The notes beneath the pieces were generated by a model that saw only the letters and a program-made list of their open reading frames with translations, ran no database searches and was not told where the DNA came from. Positions 51,506-60,750 of a stretch of DNA of 64,000 nucleotides are shown here, in pieces. The stretch lies in NCBI GenBank assembly GCA_046080605.1, contig JBJTUH010000131.1, positions 733-64,732 on the forward strand. The letters are read 5' to 3'. The first letter of the stretch is position 1. Each line of letters starts with the position of its first letter. The DNA comes from Vampirovibrionales bacterium. GTDB lineage: Bacteria > Cyanobacteriota > Vampirovibrionia > Vampirovibrionales > JAJTHC01. The position numbers and the translations under genes were made by a program.

Positions 51506-52858
51506 ATGTCAAAAAGTTTTTCTGCTTTAGAGCATTCCATTTATGATAACGACATATTACGCTTCCCAGAGGCTATTTACCTTCATATCCCCTTTTGTAG
51601 GTCTCGGTGTATTTACTGTGATTTTTACTTAGAGGTAGAAAAACAAAGCGTGTCTTCACACCGCATTCAGAGGTTTTTAGAGGCACTTGAGCGAGAAATC
51701 ACAGCAAGACTGAATACGTGGTACCAAGCCTATCAATGTCTTGAGAAACCTCCTATCAAAAGCATTTATTTTGGTGGGGGAACACCCTCCTTACTCTCTG
51801 CCATGCAAATACAAGAGGTGCTTGCACACTTAGGACAATGGGTTACATGGGATGAAACCTGTGAAATCACCCTAGAGGTCAATCCAAAAGATTGGACCAG
51901 TACCCCTCAGGCATACCAACACGCAGGTATCACCCGCTTTAGCCTAGGGGTTCAAAGCTTTCATGACCCACTCTTACAAGCCCTATCTCGCAGACATCGG
52001 CAAAAAGATATTTTTCAAAGCATCGAGGCTATCACGCAAAGCAATATCACGTCTTGGAGCTTAGATCTGATGTACGGGATTCCTCGACAAACTGAGGCAC
52101 TCTGGCAAAAAGATATTGAACACGTGTTACAGATTATGCCTCCTCATGTATCCATGTATGGATTACAAGTGGAAGCACAAACCCCTTTACCCAAACTCAT
52201 TCAAACAGGCAGCTACCCCATTGCCAATGAAGACCTTCAAGCTCAGTGGTACGAGTATGCACACGCTCACCTTGCCGCAAAAGACCTCAAAGCGTATGAG
52301 CTTAGTAACTTTGCACAAGCAGGACATGCAAGTATTCATAACCAAGTCTATTGGCAACAAAACCCCTATATTGCCTTAGGACCCTCTGCTTCAGGGTGGA
52401 TTCAAGGGCGGTATTACAAAAACACCCCAAGCTTACAAACCTACCTAGAAGCCTCTTGGGAAAGCCTCCACGCCCATGAAGTGCCTGAGGAAGGATGGCA
52501 GCCTTCAACCGACACCATGTTAGAACAAGTGTTGATGTTTGGTCTTCGTCAAACACAGGGGGTTCCTATCCGCAAAATTGCTTACTGGCTCTATCAACAC
52601 TCTCACGACGATACCCTTATGCCTTTGCTTACACCAACACCCTTTCAGGAGGTGCCTCAAGAAGCCATTCACCGAGCTTGGGAACGCTTTTGGAGATGGA
52701 CAGGTCCTAGGTTTCACCGACACGTTCAAGAAGGCTACTTAACGCAAACCCACGAAAGCCTTCATTTAAGCACCAAAGGATGGCTCTTGAGCAACCCTAT
52801 TCTTAGTAGCTTATTAGACCGCCCTCAAGGCGACCCATCGCAACACGATGGACGCTAA
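51506..52858 (+). CDS. hemW: Radical SAM heme chaperone HemW / HemN-like coproporphyrinogen oxidase family
   Basis: CxxxCxxC motif HIPFCRSRCIYCDFY, GGGTPSLL and the HemN C-terminal domain. Confidence 0.75.
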   Translation: MSKSFSALEHSIYDNDILRFPEAIYLHIPFCRSRCIYCDFYLEVEKQSVSSHRIQRFLEALEREITARLNTWYQAYQCLEKPPIKSIYFGGGTPSLLSAMQIQEVLAHLGQWVTWDETCEITLEVNPKDWTSTPQAYQHAGITRFSLGVQSFHDPLLQALSRRHRQKDIFQSIEAITQSNITSWSLDLMYGIPRQTEALWQKDIEHVLQIMPPHVSMYGLQVEAQTPLPKLIQTGSYPIANEDLQAQWYEYAHAHLAAKDLKAYELSNFAQAGHASIHNQVYWQQNPYIALGPSASGWIQGRYYKNTPSLQTYLEASWESLHAHEVPEEGWQPSTDTMLEQVLMFGLRQTQGVPIRKIAYWLYQHSHDDTLMPLLTPTPFQEVPQEAIHRAWERFWRWTGPRFHRHVQEGYLTQTHESLHLSTKGWLLSNPILSSLLDRPQGDPSQHDGR

Positions 52859-53168
52859 AAAAAGAAAAAAGGGTGCTGTTTGAGGATACGCACAGACTTC
52901 ATGCCTTGTACCTACCGTCAAACTTTTTGCACCCTTATGGAATCCCCTAGTTGCAAATCTACATAGGCAGATAGCCTATACAAACCTGATGACCTTCTCT
53001 GCACATTCACATCCTTGTGAATGAGAGGGGATGATTGATAAACCAAGCGATTGGGGTATGCGTCCTGCGTTCCGATTGCTTGTATATATATTAAATAAAG
53101 CTAAAAGCCTTTTGTGTTACCCACCCGCCATGGCAGGTAGGCAGGGTATCTTTTCTGTTACATAAAGG

Positions 53169-56141
53169 TTACACAGGGCAAGGGTGCCAAGCCTCAAGGC
53201 ATTGTTTCATCCAACTGGGAGTGGTTTTGGGTAAGCCCATCCATAAAATACCCTCTTTTGCCCGAGTTAAGGCCACATAAAAGAGGCGAATAGATTCTAG
53301 CTCTAACTCAGGACGTTGCCATAACTGGCTCCATACCGTATAACAAGGATGGTCTGTAGAAAACCAATGTTTAGGGAAAAGCCCAAACCCTGGCAAGCCA
53401 TCTTCCTGTACATCCACCACCCAAGCACTGTCTTTCAAACTGGTTTTACGTAATGTGGCTCTTGACTCAACCCATGGCAAAATCACATACGGATACTCCA
53501 AGCCCTTAGAACTGTGAATGGTCAACAATTCAACCCCTGGGACATCCTCTGGCAGGGTCATTTCAACGAGTAGCGCATCAGGAGAGGTGTCTGACGCTTC
53601 TGAAAGTCCACTGTCTTGCGTAGGCGTGGTTTGAGCCTCTACCATGACGTGAAGCCTTGCCAGTAAACGCTGACACGCACAGGCAAAGGTGTCTTCCGTC
53701 CAGCCCATTTTAGGCATCGGACACTCCTGCAAGGTGGCTTGCCACTGTTGTGCAAGCACAGTGTGCATGGCGTGATACCAGCGTGCATCCTCTGAAGAAG
53801 GCTCTGTAGAAAGGGCTGGCTGGAACATAGAAAACAAGGATAGCACCCTAGCGGGAAACTCAAGAGGGGTCACATGTGCTTGTAAGGCACGCCGTGTCTG
53901 CATCAAGGCTTGATAGCTCTGCGCAAGCCATGGAAATAATGCCTCATGACAAGGGTATCCCTGACATGCGGTTGTGTCTTGGTCGGTAAGACTCAAACAT
54001 GCCAAAGCATCTTGGAGCCACATAAAGCAGGGCTGATGGGGCGTGAGAAGGGCTTGGCGTAGAGCGTGCTGTAAGGTAGTACTGGGTACCACTCGTGAAA
54101 GCACATGCCACCATGCAGCTGTATCAGAGGGTTGATAGAGTAATGCACACCAGGTTAAGCACTGTTGCGTCAAAGGACGTGTAAAGAAATCTTTTTCTTT
54201 TTGGCGTTTGAAGGGAATCCCCGCTTGTTCTAACGCATACGCCATACGCCCCAGCTTGGTATGATGATGGGCAATAATCGCAATCGCATCAGGAGGAACA
54301 TTTTTCTGAAGTAAGGCACGAATATAACGCAGTGTGACCTCTAACTCTTCTTGCCAAGCGGTGTCTAAGGAAGCCCCTTTCACGGTTTCATTAGAGACCC
54401 AATGCACATGACAACGTTCTGAGGCTTTTTGGCTAAGCACATGGGGAGTACTGGCAGGAGCTTTTGCCAACATCGGATGCCTTAACGCAGGCATCACCTG
54501 CCCTAAAGGTCCCTCTGCCATCAGGGTATTCGCAGCTTCTACCATGGGGGCTTGAGAGCGATAGTTCGCATCCAAGGTTTGTGTCACATGGGCATGTTTC
54601 GAAAAAATAAGCGTGAGGTTATTGGGCTTTGCATGACGAAACCCATAAATCGCTTGGCGTAAATCGCCTACCACCGTCAGACGAGGCAGAGGCAAAGGGC
54701 TTTCAGCCGTGGCTTCAGGTAACAGGGCTTGTAACAGACGAATTTGTGCCAAGTTGGTATCTTGAAACTCGTCTACAAGCATGAGTTTATACTGTTGCTG
54801 TAACCGTTGACGTAACGCAGGCGTTGCATAAAGCAGGACGGTAGAAAGTAAGATTAAGTCATCAAAATCACAAAGATTTTTACTCAACAGTAATGACTGA
54901 TACTGTGCATAAAAACAACAGGCTAGCTCTAGCAAACGCTTGAGCTGTGTCGTCATGAATGCTGTATAAAAAGGCTGATACGGTGAAGGCGTGTACATAT
55001 ATGCCTTTTTACGCTGCTTACGTTTTTCAAGGAGCGTAATAGAAGCCAAGAACTCTGTTTTAAAAAAGCCATCCCATTGTTTTAGGCGTTTTTTCAGGTC
55101 GTCTTCCTCTTCTAGTGCCTGTAAGGGTTCAAGCCCTAAACTTTGGTAAGGTGCTAGACTCTGGCTATTTTGCCATAAGGCAATAAGCTCTTCCTGTAAC
55201 AAAGGCTCAAGCTCATCGGGGTTTAACGTGTGCCTTGGTACCTGAAGTTTTAAGATAGCCTCTAATAGATGGGTTTGTTGATGATGTAACGTATGGAAAA
55301 CACCTTGCGGGGTCATGGCAAGGGTTTTAAGTGTGGCAAGTAACTTGTCTAATTGTGCCAGTAAACGCTTAGGTTGATGGGCAGGCAAAAACTGCCGTAA
55401 ATGGAAATGACTGATTTTCTCACTCGGACACGTATGAAGCCATGTGCGTAGTTCGGGCAACTCAAGCCCCCATGTGTCAAAGAGCTGGAGCAGTTCCGTT
55501 TTAGGGATGCCATAATGCCAATGGCGTTTAAGCTGTAGCAGTAAATCCCGTTTGGCAATGTCATCCACAAGCTGATAGTGTCGAGTAGGCAAAGGATAAC
55601 GCCCGAGAAGTCCCAAGTCAGGCAATTCAAGGGGTTCCGTCAAGGTGCCAGGATGAAGCGGGAGGGCTTGCCGTAACACCCCACCACAAAAGGCATGAAT
55701 GGTGCCTAGCGTGTCAGAAGTCAAACGAAGAGGAGGCAACTGAAGGGTCTCTTCCCACAGGTGTTTGACACGCTCACGCATTTCTTGTGCGGCTTTATCC
55801 GTGAACGTTATCATGAGTTGTTGTTGGGGTAGGCTTTCCCAATCCACCCCCTGCGAAGAAGCGTCCTCCTGCACACTATCCTGCGATAACACGGCCTGTT
55901 TTGCTAAGGTCAGTAGCCCATACACATACCGACGGGTTAAAACGGCTGTTTTCCCAGCCCCAGCCCCAGCCAGTAGCTTTAACCCTTGTGAAATAGGCGT
56001 TAAAATCGCCTGTTTTTGCGCCTCGTTAAAATAGTCTGGTACAAGGGTTTCAAGACACTGTTCAAGCACCTCCAGCCCCACCGTGTGGGGCTGAGAGGAG
56101 GGATGTGTTAAGGCATAGGAAAGCATCTTGGAAGCCTTCAA
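53169..56141 (-). CDS. UvrD/PcrA/Rep-family superfamily-1 DNA helicase (990 aa, no nuclease domain)
   Basis: Motif I LAGAGAGKTAVLTRR, motif II MLVDEFQDTNLAQ, and motifs V/VI LTIHSSKGLEYPYVIL / VALTRAKEGI. Confidence 0.8.
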   Translation of the reverse strand: MKASKMLSYALTHPSSQPHTVGLEVLEQCLETLVPDYFNEAQKQAILTPISQGLKLLAGAGAGKTAVLTRRYVYGLLTLAKQAVLSQDSVQEDASSQGVDWESLPQQQLMITFTDKAAQEMRERVKHLWEETLQLPPLRLTSDTLGTIHAFCGGVLRQALPLHPGTLTEPLELPDLGLLGRYPLPTRHYQLVDDIAKRDLLLQLKRHWHYGIPKTELLQLFDTWGLELPELRTWLHTCPSEKISHFHLRQFLPAHQPKRLLAQLDKLLATLKTLAMTPQGVFHTLHHQQTHLLEAILKLQVPRHTLNPDELEPLLQEELIALWQNSQSLAPYQSLGLEPLQALEEEDDLKKRLKQWDGFFKTEFLASITLLEKRKQRKKAYMYTPSPYQPFYTAFMTTQLKRLLELACCFYAQYQSLLLSKNLCDFDDLILLSTVLLYATPALRQRLQQQYKLMLVDEFQDTNLAQIRLLQALLPEATAESPLPLPRLTVVGDLRQAIYGFRHAKPNNLTLIFSKHAHVTQTLDANYRSQAPMVEAANTLMAEGPLGQVMPALRHPMLAKAPASTPHVLSQKASERCHVHWVSNETVKGASLDTAWQEELEVTLRYIRALLQKNVPPDAIAIIAHHHTKLGRMAYALEQAGIPFKRQKEKDFFTRPLTQQCLTWCALLYQPSDTAAWWHVLSRVVPSTTLQHALRQALLTPHQPCFMWLQDALACLSLTDQDTTACQGYPCHEALFPWLAQSYQALMQTRRALQAHVTPLEFPARVLSLFSMFQPALSTEPSSEDARWYHAMHTVLAQQWQATLQECPMPKMGWTEDTFACACQRLLARLHVMVEAQTTPTQDSGLSEASDTSPDALLVEMTLPEDVPGVELLTIHSSKGLEYPYVILPWVESRATLRKTSLKDSAWVVDVQEDGLPGFGLFPKHWFSTDHPCYTVWSQLWQRPELELESIRLFYVALTRAKEGILWMGLPKTTPSWMKQCLEAWHPCPV

Positions 56142-56174
56142 ACAAGTCTTTGAGGGGCGGCTATCAGAAACAGC

Positions 56175-56471
56175 CTAAAAGGAACGCCCAATCAGTAGCC
56201 CTTCAAGTAACGGAATCACCACCCCTTTAAGAAGATTCAACCCAATGATAATCACCATAATAGAGAGGTCAAGCATCCCAAAAGGAGGCACAAAAGAGCG
56301 TACCCAAAGCATCAAGGGGTCTGTCAGTTGCCTAATCCAAGTAAAAGGAGGCTTCCACCATTGAATATTCGGGAAGAAGCTTAACAAGGCACGTATAAAA
56401 AACAGCCCTTGCCAAAGAGAGATAAAGGCAACGAGAACCGTAAAAAAGTCATGAATCAGTGTAATGAGCAT
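56175..56471 (-). CDS. yggT: YggT/Ycf19-family membrane protein
   Basis: 98 aa with two TM segments. The FFIRALLSFFP…W pattern is typical of YggT. Confidence 0.7.
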   Translation of the reverse strand: MLITLIHDFFTVLVAFISLWQGLFFIRALLSFFPNIQWWKPPFTWIRQLTDPLMLWVRSFVPPFGMLDLSIMVIIIGLNLLKGVVIPLLEGLLIGRSF

Positions 56472-56492
56472 TGCGTCTCATCCTTCCCATTC

Positions 56493-57344
56493 TTAAATGC
56501 GTGCATGAGCCAAGACATCATGAAACTCAGAGGCTTTAGGGTCGGTAGGGATTTTGGCAATCATGGCACCTAAGAGGTTCCGCAATTTTTCATTGTTGGC
56601 ATTAAATACCTCAAGCACAGCAGAGTGACTGACAGGAGGAATATCATCTACCCCAGCATCATAGTCTGTAATTAACGAGATATTCACAGAAGCCATGCCC
56701 ATTTCTTTCACAAGATGCACCTCGGGGTATTGTGTCATGTTAATGACTTCCCAACCCTGAGACGCAAACCAAGCTGACTCAGCACGAGTACTGAAACGAG
56801 GCCCTTGAATCACCACAACCGTTCCCTTTTCATGCACTGTAATGCCAAGTGCTTTGGCACTGTCTATCGCTAGGGTGCGTAAGGTATCGCTAAAGGGGTC
56901 TGCTGCACTCACGTGGGTTGTCACAGGACCATCATAAAAGGTATCATTACGTCCTGAAGTACGGTCTACGTATTGGTCACACACCACAAAATGCCCAGGG
57001 GCAATATGGCGTTGCAAACTACCCGCTGCACACGGAGAAATACACCACTGAACCCCTAGCTGTTTAAACGCCCATACATTGGCACGGTAGTTAATTTTAT
57101 GCGGGGGCAAATGATGCTTACTGCCATGACGAGGCAAAAAGGCAACCTTACGCCCTGCAATCGTCCCGAGCATAATTTCATCACTCGGAGGACCATAAGG
57201 GGTTTCAACCCGAATGCTGGTGGGGTTATCCAAAAGGGCATAAAACCCAGAGCCGCCAAACACCCCAATGTCAGCCAACGGTGCTTGAGCAGCAGGAACA
57301 AAGAGGGTATCCATGGTGGAAGGAGAAAGAAGTCCAGTGTGCAT
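56493..57344 (-). CDS. mtnP: S-methyl-5'-thioadenosine phosphorylase (PNP family 2)
   Basis: IGVFGGSGFY, GRKVAFLPRHG, the family-2 nucleoside phosphorylase pattern and the MTAP-type C-terminus. Confidence 0.85.
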   Translation of the reverse strand: MHTGLLSPSTMDTLFVPAAQAPLADIGVFGGSGFYALLDNPTSIRVETPYGPPSDEIMLGTIAGRKVAFLPRHGSKHHLPPHKINYRANVWAFKQLGVQWCISPCAAGSLQRHIAPGHFVVCDQYVDRTSGRNDTFYDGPVTTHVSAADPFSDTLRTLAIDSAKALGITVHEKGTVVVIQGPRFSTRAESAWFASQGWEVINMTQYPEVHLVKEMGMASVNISLITDYDAGVDDIPPVSHSAVLEVFNANNEKLRNLLGAMIAKIPTDPKASEFHDVLAHARI

Positions 57345-57603
57345 ACAATAGAGCCAACCTTACGAGTGCAGTGTATATACCAGTGAAAACAACAAGGAGG
57401 AAACCAGATGAAACCATGTTACCACAACCGTGTGGACTCTCTCACCTTATGATAGGGTTCTCTGTTTGGTGCATGAAGCACATGACCCCTCACCCTGCCC
57501 TCTCCCCACGGGGAGAGAGGGTTCACGAGACACCCCAAGGGTATCCCCTGCCCTAGCTTTAGGTGCGCACGGCATACAGGGGCGTGATACGTTAGTTAGC
57601 TTT

Positions 57604-58344
57604 TTAAATGCCTCCCGCTTGGCGTAGTAGTTGAATCATTGCTTGCTTATCTGCATCACTGCAATCGCAATTTTTAGCCCTATCCAAGGGTGTTCTGCCT
57701 TCATGGTCTAGTTGGTTTACATTTGCACCGTGGGTTAAAAGAACTTCCACAACTTCGGTTCCTCCCCAACCGCTTGCCTTATGAAGGGGAGTGCTTCCAA
57801 GAATGTCTGCTTGGTTGACATTTGCACCGTGGGCTAAAAGAAATTTCGCTATTTCGGCATTTGCCCAATGAAGGGGTGTTCTGCCTTCATGGTCTGGTTG
57901 GTTTACATTTGCACCATGAGCTAAAAGAACTTTCACCACTTCGGTACGTCCCAAACCGCTTGCATGATAAAGAGGGGTCATTCCATTATCGTTTGTCTGG
58001 TTGACATTTGCACTATGAGCCAAAAGAACTTTTACCACTTCAGCATTGCTTGCATAATAAAGAGGAGTCCATCCAGTATAGCCTGCTTGGTTGACATCCG
58101 CCCCTCCAAGAATGAGTGCCTCTACAAGACGGGTATTCCCATCGTTAGCGGCAATATGTAAGCGGGTTTCTCCGTCTTCCCCTACAACAGCATTGGGGTT
58201 CCCTGTAATAGTAGGAAGAGGAGATGCCTCTTCCTGAGCAGGCATAGAGGTTGCTTCTGTTGAAGTATTCGTGCCACCGCACCCATATAGCCCTAATATC
58301 AAGGAAATAGCACAAAGAAACATTAAAAAAGATGACATTTGCAT
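57604..58344 (-). CDS. Ankyrin-repeat protein with signal peptide (probable lipoprotein), array member 1
   Basis: MQMSSFLMFLCAISLILGLYGCGG signal. Five or more ANK repeats (G.TPLH.A…VVKVLLAHGANVNQ). Conserved tail CDCSDADKQAMIQLLRQAGGI. Confidence 0.8.
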   Translation of the reverse strand: MQMSSFLMFLCAISLILGLYGCGGTNTSTEATSMPAQEEASPLPTITGNPNAVVGEDGETRLHIAANDGNTRLVEALILGGADVNQAGYTGWTPLYYASNAEVVKVLLAHSANVNQTNDNGMTPLYHASGLGRTEVVKVLLAHGANVNQPDHEGRTPLHWANAEIAKFLLAHGANVNQADILGSTPLHKASGWGGTEVVEVLLTHGANVNQLDHEGRTPLDRAKNCDCSDADKQAMIQLLRQAGGI

Positions 58345-58477
58345 AAGCCCTTGTTGTTTTTAGGAAGTAAACCTGAACAAATAGTAAATCATAGGAAGCC
58401 ATTTAAGAGCATGATACGTTATTTGGCTTTTGAAATGCCTCCTGCTTGGCGTAGCAGTTGAATCCAGGCAAGCCCGC

Positions 58478-59047
58478 TCAATCGGCTGGGTAAGCAAAGT
58501 TTGAAACACCCCCCGCTTGACGTAACACTTGAATCATTGCTTGCTTGTCTGAATCACTGCATTTGCAGAATTCAACATTATCCAAGGGCGTTGCTCCAAC
58601 ATAATCTGTTTGGTTGACATCTGCTCCATGAGCTAAAAGAACTTTCACAACTTCGACATCGTCATGGCTTGCGATATGAAGGGGAGTGTCTCCAGTACTG
58701 TCTGCTTGGTTGACATTTGCACCGTGGGCTAAAAGAACTTTCACAATTTCGACATGTCCGCCAAGACTTGCTTCGTGAAGGGGAGTCCATCCTAAGTCGT
58801 CTGTTTGATCGACATTCGCCCCTCCGAGAATGAGCTCTTCCACAAGGCTGGTGTCCCCATTTTTAGCCGCAATATGTAAGCGAGTGTCTCCGTCTTCCCC
58901 TACAACGGCATTAGGACTCCCTGTAGAAGCCTCTGCCTGAACAACCATAGAGGTTGCTTCTGTTGAAGCATTCGTACCACCGCACCCATATAACCCTAAT
59001 ATCAAAAAAACTGCACAAAAAAACATTAAAAAAGATGACATTTGCAT
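58478..59047 (-). CDS. Ankyrin-repeat protein with signal peptide, array member 2
   Basis: Same signal peptide, three or four ANK repeats, tail CKCSDSDKQAMIQVLRQAGGVS. Confidence 0.8.
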   Translation of the reverse strand: MQMSSFLMFFCAVFLILGLYGCGGTNASTEATSMVVQAEASTGSPNAVVGEDGDTRLHIAAKNGDTSLVEELILGGANVDQTDDLGWTPLHEASLGGHVEIVKVLLAHGANVNQADSTGDTPLHIASHDDVEVVKVLLAHGADVNQTDYVGATPLDNVEFCKCSDSDKQAMIQVLRQAGGVSNFAYPAD

Positions 59048-59121
59048 AAGCCCTTGTTGTTTTTAGGAAGTAAGCCTGAACAAATAGTAAATCATAGGAA
59101 GCCATTTAAGAGCGTGGTACG

Positions 59122-60276
59122 TTATTTCGCTTTTGAAATGCCTCCTGCTCGACGTAGCACTTGAAGAGTTGCTAGCTTGTCTTCATCACTACATCTACAC
59201 TCTTTCGCCCTATCCAAGGGTGTTCTGCCTTCATGGTCTGTTTGGTTGACTTTTGCACCATGGGCTAAAAGAACTTTCACAACTTTGGCACATCCGAAAC
59301 CGCTTGCACCATGAAGGGGAGTGCTTCCAGCATTGTCTGTTTGGTGGATGTTAGCCCCATGAGCTAAAAGCACTTTCGCAACTTCAGGCTCACCCCAAAT
59401 GCTTGCTTTAAAAAGGGGAGTTACCCCATTATGGTCTGTTTTGTTGACCTTTGCACCATGGGCTAACAGGATTTTCACAACTTTGGTATGTCCCGAAACA
59501 CTTGCTTCATGAAGGGGAGTCTTTTCAAAAGAGTTTGTTGAGTCGACATTTGCACCCTGCAACAAAAGATCTTCCACAAGGCGAGTATTCCCTTCTATAG
59601 CAGCAATATGCAAGCGTGTGTCTCCTCGTTCCCCTACAATGGCATTAGGGCTCTCTGTAGAGGATGTCTCTTTCTTAGCAACCATAGAGGTTTCTGAGGT
59701 TGCTTCTGTTGAAATGCCTCCCGCTTGGCGTAGCAGTTGAAGGGTTGCTTGCTTGTCTGCGTCACTGCAAACTATGCAACTTTTGGCCGTGTCCAAGGGA
59801 GTTTCTCCATAATTATCTGCTTGGTTGACATCTGCACCGTGGGCTAAAAGAACTTCCACAACTTCGGCATGTACGTTAAAGCTTGCCTTATTAAGGGGGG
59901 TCCTTCCATAATTATCTGCTTGGTTGACATTTGTAACGTGGGCTAAAAGAACTTTCACAACTTCAGCCTGTCCTTCATAACTTGCGATATGAAGGGGAGT
60001 CTCTCCATAATCGTTTGTTTTGTTGACATCTGCCCCTGCAAGAATGAGTGCCTCTACAAGGCGAGCATCCCCTTTTTTGGCGGCACTATGTAAGCGAGTT
60101 TCTCCGTCTTGCCCTACAACGGCATTAGGGTTCCCTGTAATAGCAGGAAGAGGAGATGCCTGTGCCTGAACAACCATAGAGGTTGCTTCTGTTGAAGTAT
60201 TCGTGCCACCGCACCCATATAGCCCTAATATCAAGGAAACGGCACAAAGAAATATTAAAAAAGATGACATTTGCAT
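59122..60276 (-). CDS. Ankyrin-repeat protein with signal peptide, array member 3 (two fused modules)
   Basis: Same signal peptide. Module 1 ends in CIVCSDADKQATLQLLRQAGGIS. It is followed by TEATSETSM (compare the post-signal TSTEATSM). Module 2 ends in CRCSDEDKLATLQVLRRAGGISKAK. Confidence 0.8.
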   Translation of the reverse strand: MQMSSFLIFLCAVSLILGLYGCGGTNTSTEATSMVVQAQASPLPAITGNPNAVVGQDGETRLHSAAKKGDARLVEALILAGADVNKTNDYGETPLHIASYEGQAEVVKVLLAHVTNVNQADNYGRTPLNKASFNVHAEVVEVLLAHGADVNQADNYGETPLDTAKSCIVCSDADKQATLQLLRQAGGISTEATSETSMVAKKETSSTESPNAIVGERGDTRLHIAAIEGNTRLVEDLLLQGANVDSTNSFEKTPLHEASVSGHTKVVKILLAHGAKVNKTDHNGVTPLFKASIWGEPEVAKVLLAHGANIHQTDNAGSTPLHGASGFGCAKVVKVLLAHGAKVNQTDHEGRTPLDRAKECRCSDEDKLATLQVLRRAGGISKAK

Positions 60277-60750
60277 AAGCCCTTATTGTTTTAAGGAGGC
60301 AAAACGGAACAAATAGTAAACCCTAGGAAGCCATTTAACGATGCTTTTAGTGTAGAAGGAACCCACTAAAAGGGTCAACATGCGTTACAAAAAATGAATG
60401 GTATACCCTCTCGTTTATCGTAACCCACCAGCCTACCCTAGCTTTAGGTACGCAAGAGAGGCGTAAATGACATCCACCCAGTAAGGTGAATGCCAAGCAC
60501 ACGACACAACACACATAAGGCACTCACACCCCCACGGATGTAACAAGTCTGTGATATTTACCCAAGAGTGTCCTAAGCTCTGCTACACTAGAAAAGCTGT
60601 GTCTCGTTAAAAAAGCCTTTCTGGCACTGTCATCTAATGACACTATTGGGTGACATGTGGGGTTTACTCCTAATAGTCAGGATAATTACAGGAAAAGCCA
60701 CGCTCGTTCTCAGCCATAGGAGACCGAGGGTTTAAGCCTCTGTTGATGTT

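Larger units (their letters stand above)
57604..60276 (-). repeat. Tandem paralogous gene array with nucleotide-level repeats (5' ends, 3' tails and a 3'-tail remnant at ~58437-58475)
   Basis: CATTAAAAAAGATGACATTTGCAT occurs three times (58321, 59023, 60253). The 3'-tail sequence gcctcc(c/t)gcttggcgtagcagttgaa recurs at ~57607, 58441 (non-coding remnant), 58507, 59147 and 59714. Confidence 0.75.

Noticed and set aside
58145-59105. ORFs 58145..58402 and 58911..59105 (MASYDLLFVQ… twice)
   Set aside because: These are alternative-frame reads across the repeated 5' regions of the ankyrin genes. They are duplicated only because the DNA is duplicated.
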